In this document: positions 12,645 to 24,204 of the stretch, piece after piece | Numbering within the stretch: position 1 is the first letter of the stretch | Layout of the letters: each line of letters starts with the position of its first letter | Assembly: GCA_021613535.1 (NCBI GenBank) | Contig: CP075492.1 | Coordinates: 17,608,001 to 17,672,000, forward strand | Origin: Adineta vaga | Taxonomy: Eukaryota > Animalia > Rotifera | Reading direction: 5' to 3' | DNA: 64,000 bases | Position numbers and translations under genes: made by a program | Notes under the pieces: model-generated | The model's database searches: none | What the model was told of the DNA's origin: nothing | Seen by the model: the letters and a program-made list of their open reading frames with translations, nothing else

Positions 12645-13578
12645 CTTACACCTATTATCATCAAATTGGCATAACACAAAACATTTAGCTGAGAAATATT
12701 CAATCTGTCCTTCATATGGGAGATTGAAAACAGTCATTCAACAACGTTTAAAACAAATAGAAATAAATTTACAACAAGCTCAAAATGCAATTAAAGAGCT
12801 TGATGAAGAGATCTTGTTAAAATGTACACAATATAGTGATCTTTTACATGCCATTACAAACTTATCTTCTATTGTCCATCATTTTGTTCAAGAAACACAA
12901 AATATCTTACGAAATGAATTCCAAATCAAACGAGACATACTGATCATGGATGCAAATGATCATCAATTACTTCAAGAATTTTTTAACATAGAACCACACC
13001 AATCTCATGTAAGTAAATAATTTTCCATCAATATCCTTGCATTTGATGTATATGCTCACTTGACTGGGTTTTAGATCATAACAGCTAAACGTGTCTGGCA
13101 AGCTACTGTTCAACAAATGCTGATGAAAGAAGACATTGCTTTATTACAATATCAGCTTACTTCATCACAATCTCAATCATCATCTAATTTGTTAGGTGCT
13201 ATGATTGAAGATATCAACAAGCAACTAACCAATTTAAAAGAAACTAATCGAACAGCTACAGATACATCTAATGTTAATTCGGATGAAATAGAAAAACTGC
13301 AGACATTTAGAAAAGATATTATTCAGCAAGCAATCCATACCAGTCGCCAATTGATACAGAATATCGACGAAAAAAATACACTTGAAATAGAAAAATATTC
13401 CAAGAAGACACGTTTCAACGAATCCAAATCCAAATGGCACAAAACAGCACTAAATGCAATTGAAACACGCCCAACTCATATGATCAGACGAGCAAACTTG
13501 ATCATCAAACACAAACTAGAAACAATCGCCGTCTCCAACGATCACTCACGAATATCAGAGACACAGTACCCTAATTGA
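12645..13578 (+). mobile_element. Athena/terminon-like coiled-coil ORF (ORF1-type), intron 13009-13074 approx.
   Basis: Q/E/K-rich coiled-coil ORFs 12724-13020 and 13117-13578. ITAKRVWQAT and IRRANLI resemble IRSATKIWST and IKRAQYV in the ORF1 upstream of the RT at 33380-33822. Flanked by hammerhead motifs. Confidence 0.6.
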
Positions 13579-14076
13579 AGAAAATATTCAAATTATTATC
13601 TCTTTATATTAAACCGTTTCTTTCTCAACAATTTCTTTCACAGTAAAACTCAACTTCCCACTACAAATATAACAGTTTATTATTTTCTATTCAAAATATT
13701 TCGAAAACAATACTTAAATAAATTTCATTTATTCTAGATAATATATTACAAACCAAAGCCGAAATTAATCTTTGAATTATGATAACAAATCACCTATTCT
13801 CAACACGAAAATGAACTACACAAATCTTTAAAAAAAAAACGAATACATTCCGCGCATTATTTACTAACTACCATAGATCATAACGGTCAACCAAGATTAT
13901 CCTACAAAATGTACATTGACTCCAACTCACTATATGAAACGAAAAAACAACTACTATGCCAATCGACTTCCATTCAGAACAATGAATGATTTACAAAAAA
14001 CTTTCAAACTGAATATTACAAACTTTTGTCAATTTTTTATTAATCTCAAACATTGTAAAATCAGTTCTGGATTAGA

Positions 14077-14121
14077 AGCCATTTGATAAGAACTTTGGCA
14101 AGTTCGAAACCGGTCATGGCT
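14077..14121 (+). ncRNA. Degenerate hammerhead ribozyme
   Basis: AGCCAT-TTGATAA-GAACT..AGTTC-GAAAC-CG-GTC-ATGGCT: perfect stems I and II, but core CTGATGA mutated to TTGATAA. Confidence 0.6.
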
Positions 14122-14130
14122 GCTAGGAAA

Positions 14131-14290
14131 CCCACACCCACACCCACACACACCCTCAAATTTTTGAAAATTTTCCGACAAAAATTTTTTTTTCTGCTGC
14201 AAAAAATTTTGGCGAGCAAAAAAAAACAAAAATTTTCCCGAAGCAGGGGGGGCGTTACGCCCCACGCGCCCCCCCCTTGGGACGCCCCTG
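14131..14290. mobile_element. Telomere-type repeat run joined to an hAT-like GC-rich terminus
   Basis: (CCCACA)n-ccctcaaa at 14131-14160; ends in cccccccttgggacgcccctg (reverse complement CAGGGGCGTCCCAAGG, hAT-like). Confidence 0.5.
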
Positions 14291-14912
14291 ATTTTAGTCT
14301 TTATTAGTTTTCTTATATGGTTACGTTGGAGATGTTGTTGGTCTAAGAATAGGCAGACGAGCACAGGTGGTGATAAGGAACTAGATCCTATCAACAACAA
14401 TGGTTTATAATCTGATTCTTCTCAGAAACGAAAAAATGACCAGACATAAAACAATAATGATCATTCATAAAGCATTATTTTTCTAGAATTTTTTCTCCAA
14501 TGTTTTTTGATTTCTTATAACTTCATTTATTGAATGTAATAAATAACTTTAATTGATTTCTTCATAACTCTTCTCTACTCTTTCCGAACACAAGGCATAT
14601 AAAAACGTACGAAAATAAACAGTAACTTCGGTTTTTTTCTAAATTTAAATCAATGTTCAAAAGGTTAATATAATCGTTTTTCCATAGAGAGTGAAAATCT
14701 CGTGAGTGAAGTGTCGGTCCATAATCAATCTCTCACTGCTATTCTCTCATCAACACACGCATCCTCAACCTCATTTTCCTGCCTTTTTAGATAATCTGTC
14801 AACCCTAAACCATAACCGCATTCAGCCAAGTTTCGAATAATTTTTATTTTAATAAAAACTTTTTAATAATGAGAAGGTTGATGTTAACAATCACTCTTAA
14901 AAATTTAATTTA

Positions 14913-16610
14913 CTATTGTTGAATTGTCTTATCAAGTTGAATTTGATATAATTTCATTAAAGTTTCAACAAATATGTCAACATCTTCATGAGTACTTCGA
15001 TGACTAACAATACATACACGAATATAGAGACGATTTCGAATACAACTAGTTGAAGGATAAACAATACCAGATTGTTGCATATCATCGGCAAGATTAATAT
15101 TAAATTTATCAATTAATTCATGATTAGTTTTATCTAATTCATTAGGTTCTAATCGAAAATTAACAATATTTAATGTAATAGGATAAATAATACGAATAAT
15201 TTCTTTATATTTCTCTAATAATTTAACTAAATATTGTGTTTGTTCACAATTATCAGCAATTTTTTTACCTATTTTAATAATTCCATGTTCTTGAAGTGTA
15301 AACCATACTTTAAGTGCACGACATGAACGAGATAATTCTGGACTTAATTGAGTAAATGGTATAGCATCATTTGTTGAATCTTTTCGAACAATAGATAAAA
15401 TTGATTGTTCCATTGAAAAAGTTAATTGTAGATCAATACTATCACGAATAAGTATACAACCAACATCATATGGACAATGAAACCATTTATGAAAATCAAA
15501 TGCAATTGAATCTGCTCGATCAATACCTTTAACTAAATGACGACGTTCAGGATCGAGAATAATAGAACTACCAAATGCTCCATCAACATGAAACCAAAGA
15601 TTTTCTGCTCGTGCAATCTCAGAAAGTTCAAGAAGATCATCAAAAGCACCGGTATTTACCGTACCTTTAAATTATAAATAAATACAAAACAAATTCAATT
15701 TTCGAATATTAATATAAATTTCTTTACCTGCATTTCCAATAAGACAAAATGGAATTAAACCTTTATTTCGATCATTTGCAATTGTTAATTTGAGTTCATC
15801 AATTTTAATACAAAAATTATCATCTGTTGAAATTAAATGTAATGCTTTTGATCCAAGTCCTAATAATTCAAGCGCTTTAGTAACACATCCATGTACTTCT
15901 GTCGATGCATAAACAATTAATTGTGGTCCATTAACAAGTCCATCTTCTCTTATATTTAAAAGAACTTTTCGTCGAGCTGTTGCTATACTCATTATTGTTC
16001 CCATTGATGTTCCATTAATGAGTAAACCACCATTTTTCATTTTAGGAAATCCAAATATTTGACGCATCCAATCAATAATAGCACGTTCTAAAGGATAACC
16101 ACTATGAAATAATCCACCACTAGAATTTGGATTTATTGTTGCTGTTATCATCTCTGCTAGAATACCTCCTACTGTTCCTTCATTTTTAACCCATCCCCAA
16201 TACCGAGGATGTGTATTGCCACGTGGATAAGGTAATATATATGTTAATACATCGTGACAAACATCTGTCAATGATCGACTTTGTTCAGGAGGTGATGCAT
16301 CTTCTAAAAAAGCACGTACATTTTCTGGAATTGGTCGCCATATGGGTCGGTTACGTATATTTTGAATATAATCCAATGATGCATCAAGCATCGCATATGC
16401 TACGTTGCGTGTAGATAACCAGTCAACAGGATCGAGAGAAGTATTATCTTCACTATTTGAAAATGTCCATGGTAATTTAAGATTAGCAATATCATTTATT
16501 AATGTAAACATTTGTATCTTCCATTGAGAGAGTAATTCAACGTTATGTATAGGTTCATGTAATTTGATTGATATCTGTTCGATTAAGTCTTCTAAATTTG
16601 TGCGTGTCAT
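14913..16610 (-). CDS. Group II PLP-dependent (aromatic amino acid-type) decarboxylase, bacterial-like, one intron (15665-15727)
   Basis: SLDPVDW...MLD...RPIW, HPRYWGW, GNAG|TVNTGAFDDL, WFHVDGAFG, DSIAFDFHKW (PLP Lys), ELSRSCRALKVW; splicing restores the frame. Confidence 0.9.
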
Positions 16611-17095
16611 TGGATATATAATACTTATTAAGATAAACAATATCTTAATATTCTGTTTTGTACTGTTAAATAACGAAAACTATAAATATTTTGTATAGAA
16701 AAATGATGCACTATCTTTTTAAACGCATTGAGGTTAAAAAATCACTAATACATACATCGACAAGGTATATGCACAAGCGTTATATTTCTTCTTTCACCTT
16801 TTTCTATTCTTACTTCGATGAATACAAGAACGAGAAAAAAAATAACTCATCTGTAAAGATAAAAGAAAGATGAATATAAATAAAACAGACGACAATAACC
16901 GAGATTAAAGTACATAATCATATGTCTACAATCTATTTCTTGATTATAATATAAATATAAAGGATAAAGATAAAAGTTTTTTCAACAAATAATAATTTAT
17001 TCGAATTAAATACAATGTAAACTATCAATCGATCAGTATACTACATTTCTTCGAATATTTAAGAATTTAAGTTAATATACATTTAGTCAGTGTTT

Positions 17096-17410
17096 GCAAG
17101 GACTAACGACGCAATCACCATGACTATTATTCTCTCGCTTACAATCCGTAGAATTCTAATTTCTCACTGCGCAGTTTCAGTGCAAATACTGAAAAACTGT
17201 CATTGTCAGCGCTGATAGTGAATACACCGCACCACTGTGGACACTGAAGCGGCGAGTTTGACTGATATGTACAAGCCTAGGAAGTTGGTGTAAATCAGTT
17301 TAAGCGGGTGCTTCAGTGACCAATTGAAACTGCGCATCACTAGTTGAATATGATCAATAGTCTTACGATAGTAGTATGATAGTTATGTCGATTTCGCTGT
17401 CAGTCCTTGT
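17096..17410. mobile_element. MITE with imperfect TIRs
   Basis: caaggactaacgacgcaatcaccatgacta ... tagttatgtcgatttcgctgtcagtccttg. Confidence 0.6.
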
Positions 17411-17495
17411 AACTATAGTATATGTTTGAAGAGTTTTCTCATATTTATTATTTAAAAAGAAACAAAAAGATTTTGTTTTTATGATAAAAATCAAG

Positions 17496-19628
17496 TTATT
17501 CTGTAGTTTGATTTTGTTTGATAATAAAATTAAGTAAATCAATATTTGTTATTATACCAAATCTTTGTTTTGTTGATTCATTTGAATCTATTGATTTGAA
17601 AAATAAAAATTCGAATTTATTTTAGACAATTTAAGATAAAAATAAATCATCTTACTATATTCAGAAGGAATTCGAATAATGGCATAATTATGAACTTTTA
17701 AAATTCGACTTAATTTTAATAAAGTATCATCAAATTGAACCTAGTTTTATTTAAATAACAATTTTTTTTATAATTAATCAGAACAAAATTTTACCATTTG
17801 AAATTTTTTTGTCATTATTTTTGATACAAAATCTTTTGTATTAATCGTACCATTTGATATTTGTGTCATTATTTCATTCATTGTTATCACACCTATTATT
17901 ATTCTATTGAAATAAAATAAAATAATTAATCTTCTATTATATTTTAAAATCTTACTGATCATCAAAAATGACTGGTATTTGATCAAAACTTTTCTTATTC
18001 ATTAAATCAATAACAAAATGAATTGTTGTATTTTCTGTAACTGTAATAGATTGATGAATTGATAAATTTAATACAGTTTTTGTATGCCACCACTCATCAA
18101 TTGATTTCTCTTCAATATTAATAAAATCACGATCAATCATCCAATCATCATTTAAAAATTTACTCCTAAATTTTAAAATTTCTTTTATATATTTAAAAAA
18201 CTAAAAATAAATTACATATAATTTCTAACAGAATCAGGTAATATAACAACACAATTTTGATTTTCATTAAGATTAAAATCTTTACAAGCTTGTAAAGCAC
18301 ATGCCATAGCTGCACCTGATGAACCACCACAAAGTATACCTTCATATTTCATTAATTTTCTTGCATAATTAAATGAATTTATATCTGATATTTTATACCA
18401 CCGATCAATTAATGATCGATCAAGTACAGTTGGAAGAAAATCATGTCTAATTTTTAAGAATTAAATTTTATTTTGAATCAATTCTAACTTACCCAATTCC
18501 TTCAACCTACAAAAAATAAGAAGAAAAATTAAAAATTAAAAAAAAATAAATTTAATACTTCATAAAATTGAATACCAATTGTATTCATTGTTTCAGGTAA
18601 AGCTAAAATAGATCCTTCAGTATCAACACCAATAATAATACAATTTGGAAATTTTTCTTTAAATTTTCTTGAAAGACCCGTTAATGTTCCTCCTAAAAAA
18701 CTTCTATTTATATATTTTTAACATCATTTTATAGATTTATTACCCGTTCCCGCACCAGCCACAATCATATCAATTTGTCCTATAAATAAAAAAAGAAAAA
18801 GAAAATCTTATTAAAATTTTTAAAATAAGAAAACCATTGCATGCTTGAATAATCTCTTCTGCTGTTGTATCATAATGAGCAATTGGATTATATGAATTTC
18901 TATATTGATCAAGAATATGTGAATTTGGAATTTCTGTTTTTAATTTATGAGCTACACCAATATCTGACTCAAGAGAATCAAATAATGCACCTGTTGGTGT
19001 ACGAACAATTTCAGCATTTAATGCACGAAGAATATTAACCTAAATAATAATAAAACTATAAAAACGAAAAAAAGTAAATTATTAAAATAACTTTTTCTTG
19101 ACTCATTTTTTCTGGCATTACAGTAATACATCGATAATTTTTAATTGCACAAACTAATGCTAATCCAACACCTGTATTACCAGCTGTTGATTCAATAATA
19201 GTATCACCAGGTTTTAAATTTCCATTACGTTCAGCTTCTTCAATCATACGTAAACCAATTCGATCTTTAATACTACCACCAGGATTAAAATATTCAAGTT
19301 TAGCCACTAAAAATAATTTTAAATAAATTAAAAAAAAAGATGATTTTTAACTTACAAATATTACATTTGACATCCTCATCGTTTGTTAAACGATTAATAC
19401 GAACAAGTGGTGTATCACCAATTAATTCAAGAATATTATTATAAATTTTTTGTCGAGATGATTTTTGTCTAGAAAAAAAAAAGAAAGATTAATATAATAA
19501 AAAGAATTATTTATTTATAGAAAATTAAACCTAGAATTAAAATGATGTGGACATTTAGTTTGATCACCATTAAGTGTAAATGTACAACGACTTATTGCAT
19601 CTGGTCGATTAGATAAAAAACTTTCCAT
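17496..19628 (-). CDS. CBS: Cystathionine beta-synthase, multi-exon
   Basis: N-terminal RPDAISRCT...CPH heme region, [26 protein letters not shown] (PLP Lys), [42 protein letters not shown], and C-terminal CBS domains (FDQIPV). Many short GT-AG introns. Confidence 0.95.
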
Positions 19629-20679
19629 TGTGTTTTTATTGAAATTATCTTTTAGAGAAAACCTGAAAAAAAAGCAGCAACATATAATCAATAGAATGAA
19701 TCTCTTGATAATAACAGTCACCTGGTTTTTATCTTTAAGGACAAAAACTAATTGGCTGTCATTAATATATATAGAGAGAGAGAGAAAAGAAGAGTATATA
19801 TTTGTATTTTAAGGACAAAATCTAGTTAGCCGATGTCAATAAGGACATTTTGATTTTTATCAACATCAATTATTATGTAATATTTCATTCTTTTTCAATC
19901 TTCAAATTACAGTAAAATTCAACGTATTTTCAGAAAGTTCAAATGAAAATATTTATCATATTTTATTAAATTAAAATTATAAAAAAAGAAGTGTTTTTTC
20001 TTTTAAAAAAGTCATAAATGTTTCATCAATGATATTATACAATGAAACTTTTGATGCATAACATAAGTATAGATGTATTGATCAATTGTATTACAATAAA
20101 ACAAAAAGGTAGATTTTATTCTCTTTCTTATACAAAAGATAAATTATGCACTTGATTGTCTATTCACACTTCATTGATCGAAAGTTTATCGAGGTCGACG
20201 AACTTGAAATAAATGAATAATTTGAAAATGGGATTAGAGTGTGTCATTAGATCAACATTACTTGTTTTAATATATGTTAAGAATATAAAATCATTTATAA
20301 ATATAATTGAAAAAATATAATAGAACTTATTTTGATTTATTTATCAAATATAGAAGAAAGATATGAAAATATCTTCTTCAATTATTCCTATAATTTGTTT
20401 TATTAATATTTAAATTATTGTGTAAATATAATTTATATCTTTCCAAGTCAAACGATTCAATATATATTATTTATAATTGTGTTATAGTGTTAATCATTCA
20501 TCAACGAATAAAACTCAGTTTTCATCTTTTTATTCTTGAAATAAAATTAATCTATCAATATGTGAATTATAATGTTGATATACCATTTTTGATTGATACG
20601 TTTAATGATCGAATGCAATACTTCGGTTAATATATAATTGTATTTAATTTAATGTTTTAGAATAATTGATTGTTCTAAC

Positions 20680-21095
20680 ATAACTAACGAAGAAAGATCA
20701 CCAACTTGAAAATTGCTTTTGAGTCACAACGTAGTGCACTGAAGATAATCGATCATGCTGAATCCAAATAACATGGTCGTTACGACTAACACCACACTGA
20801 AGATCCGGGTTTCGAAAATCAGGCTTCCAGAGAACAATTATTTTCTAAATGTTCTTTTTTATATTAGCTCAAATTGTAGAGCACATCAAATTGTCCATGA
20901 ATCAACAAGCATTTCTTTCTTGCAAGAGCGAACTCCAGGAGAAGAAAATAATTTGATTTTCGAAATCCGCATCTTCGGCGTAGTATTAGTCGTACCGAGC
21001 ATGATATTTGGATTTAGCATGGTCGATTATCGTCAGTGTACTAAGTTCTGACTCAAACGCGATTTTCAAGTTGGCGACCTTTTTTCTTTAGTTAT
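20680..21095. mobile_element. Foldback MITE (~415 bp)
   Basis: aaagatcaccaacttgaaaattgcttttgagtca...catgctgaatccaaat mirrored by atttggatttagcatg...tgactcaaacgcgattttcaagttggcgaccttt. Confidence 0.8.
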
Positions 21096-21511
21096 ACTAA
21101 CAGAAGCTCTATATAGTTTCAGTTCTATAGAAAGATATAATCTATTTTGATACCGAATTTTCAAGAGAAGCATTTGAATTTGTGAAATAAAAGTTGACAC
21201 TAGTAATCGCAACAACTTTTTGAGTACTATTCAATCGATTGGCCACACAGTCATCATACATGATTGTGATGGCGATATTTGCGCAGGAGATCAACAAGTC
21301 TATCGTCTTCCACGTTGTCATACTGTATCTTGTTTAGTCTCACGATAATCATCTAATAATGCGTTCACATGGCTGATGACTCTTTCATAATTTCCGAATG
21401 TATTCCTAAATTTTCTACACGATATGTTTTTGATAAAATTCTCTTCCATCATTTCATAGAATTCGTCTTTTTCTATGCTATAACAAATGAAGTGAAGTCA
21501 TATATATGTCG

Positions 21512-21632
21512 TGCCGAAGTTACACTCTTTGCCGAAGTTATAACTTCGACGTTTATTCTTGCCGAAGTTATAACTTCGTCATTATATCTTGTCGAAGTTA
21601 AACTTCGACAAACAAATTTTGTCGAAGTTACT
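21512..21632. repeat. Array of (g)ccgaagtta(taacttcg) palindromic units, probable transposon subterminal repeats
   Basis: Six-plus copies of cgaagtta, several as cgaagttataacttcg. Confidence 0.6.
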
Positions 21633-22069
21633 GTATGATACTTAATAAACATTGAACATCATTAAACCAACTTTTTTTCTCAATATCAACTTTAAAAAAT
21701 ATTTTCTTATATTAACAATAAGTAGAATAATATTTATTGATCATATTTTGCCGAAATGTACAAATAATTGTCGCATAGAAAATACGTTGTATATGATATA
21801 TTGGCACGTATTCAATTTGGCATTGATAACTGAGAAAATACTGACTACTTCAGAACAGCGATAAAGCTACTCAGCATGTGATCATCTATTCAAATTTTGT
21901 TCTTTTAATTTTTCTTTTTAATTATTTGTATTTGAAAAAAAATAAACTTATCCGATAAGCCTAATTATAAAAAAAAGAACACTTAAGAAGATTAATGATA
22001 AGATAATTGAATCATAATCCGTGAATAATAGGAGCATATATGAGACAAATATTATAGGCTACAAATTAA

Positions 22070-22282
22070 ATGATCAGTATTTTATTATGAATGATCAGTA
22101 AAATTTGATCAGTATCTTCTTCGTTTGATCAGTAATTTAATAATTTGATCAGTAGCTTATTCATTTGATCAGTAATCTATTCACTTGATCAGTATAATAA
22201 TTAAAATATCAGTATAAAATTTGGTTTGTTCAGTAAATAATGGTATTTTTTACCAGTATTCGTCGTTCTGTAACATCCCTCG
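22070..22282. repeat. ttgatcagta subterminal array ending in an hAT-like terminus
   Basis: About nine (g)atcagta copies at ~15-20 bp spacing, ending in gtaacatccct. Confidence 0.55.
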
Positions 22283-22545
22283 ATTATCGTATATATATGT
22301 TGACCTACTTTTTGTCTTTGTTTCTTCTTGACCTAGTTTCTAGATATCACATCTATCCGATATCTTACACTTATATAATAGATGAACATATATCTTCGAT
22401 TGTTTTTCAGTTTAACAAAGATCTATAGTTTCACAAGATGCACCCTTGATTATTGTTCTACTTAACCCTATAAATACTTCATTTTTAAATCAGATTAAAC
22501 AGAAATTTCTTTTATTACATACGATAATATATAATTGAATTTGAA

Positions 22546-22792
22546 ATGGCAACAACAACGAAAATCATCGAAGTACCACTATATGTTTCTGACGAAGAAG
22601 ATATGAATGACAGTACTCATGTTGAACATAAGAAAAGGGCAAGCAAGAGACACCGGGTTTGGACGAAAGAGAAGATATTTAGCAATGTTACTGAAGCTGA
22701 ACAAGCAATTATAGAAGAAGGTGGATGGAGTGAATATTATATCAATACAACAGCTGAAGGGAAAAAGAAAATTTTCAGATGCAACAAGACGT
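22546..22792 (+). pseudogene. 5' fragment of a MULE/SWIM-type transposase-like gene truncated by the large TIR element
   Basis: W.KEK.F....EAE..I..EG.WS.YY.N.T.EGKK..FRCNK motif, cut exactly at the left TIR. Confidence 0.5.
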
Positions 22793-23395
22793 AGGGTATC
22801 TTAGACTAGGATTCGAGTTTTTTTAAAAGGATTCGCCTACAGGCTAGACCAAGTTAGACTAACTTTAGACCAAGATGCAGCTCGACGAGCTCTATCGAAT
22901 GGTGTATTTTCTTTTTCCAAAAGACCTTTCCTTCTAGTAAAAAAACTCGAAAAACTAGTAAAAAATAGATAAAAAACAACAAAAACTCAGTAAAACCTGT
23001 AGGGATTCGCCTATAGCTTAGACCAACCGATGAAACTTTCACGATCGATAGATCTCGACGAGCTCTATCGAATGATCACCTTTTTAGTTCAATTCGGATA
23101 AGTTTTAGTACTAAAAATCGCTAAATACACCAGTTTTTACTAGTAAATCTTACTAAAACCTGTAGTGATTCGCTCATAGGTTAGACCAAACGCTGAAACT
23201 TCATACATTCATAGAGCTCGAGTTGCTCTATCGATTGAATACCTTGGATGCTATCTTTGAACGTACTATAGTGGTAAAAATCACTAAATAGTAAACCATT
23301 ACTAATGAATTTACTATATCCAAAAAATAGTGACTTAAAGGTTAGATCAGTGTTGGACCAAGATAGAACTCGATGAGATCTATCGATTGAGTACC
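22793..23395 (+). repeat. Left TIR built of ~150-170-bp units
   Basis: Palindromic core (atag)AGCTCGACGAGCTCTATCGA at ~22880, ~23050, ~23211, ~23363; a degenerate fifth copy at ~23528. Confidence 0.9.
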
Positions 23396-24204
23396 TTAAT
23401 TGTTATACTCCAGTCAGTAAAGATAGTAGAATTTACTAATTACTGAAGTTTCCACCAGTGCAGTTTTTAAATTACTTTTTTAATGTACAGAAAGATTAGA
23501 CTTAACTAGACGAAGATTAGACCATGATACAATTCGATAAGTTCTATTGAGAGAATGCCTTTTCGGTTTCATCTGTATATATAATGCATTGAAAATGGGT
23601 CACAGCTCATATGCTGCAGGAATGCTGTGTACGATTAATGAAAAAGCACTCTTTACAATAATTTTCTGCACGTTGAAAGCGATTCTTTTTGTTTTATAAT
23701 GCTTTATCATTCTAATATATTGACTTCAATCCAATTGCCCTTCGGTATCGATTTGATTTGGAAAAGTAGATATAAATTTGTTTCATAAACCTTTTGGCAC
23801 AAATGATGTCACACAGTTATGATGTGCATTTTTGGATATGAAGGCATGTGATTTGATAGTATCGGAAGACTTCTTATCAATAGACTCTTTTGATGTATTA
23901 AATGTATGAACAGAGAAGTGATGATAAAGATGAACATCTTGCTTATGAGTGATACGTGAATAATTTTTCTTTGAAATAATATGTCTCATTTTCATTGGTT
24001 CATCTATTTTTCAAAGAAACGACGCGTCTCTCTCTTCTTTTATATATGCAGATATGTAAGTATTAAATAGGAAGAGAAAGAGAAAGAGAAAGAGAAAGAG
24101 AAAGAGAATTAATACTTGCTACACATAAACACAATATACTGCAGCAATTTATTTACGAACTATTTTATTCATATTCATTAATCAGTAATACAAATTGTCA
24201 ACAA

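Noticed and set aside
21512-22260. Short repeats with spacers resembling a CRISPR array
   Set aside because: Eukaryotic context, repeats too short and irregular, no cas genes; they fit transposon subterminal arrays.
22854-23042. Identical 62-aa ORFs at 22854-23042 (-) and 31949-32137 (+)
   Set aside because: They are the two copies of the TIR read in opposite directions; there is no evidence of coding function.
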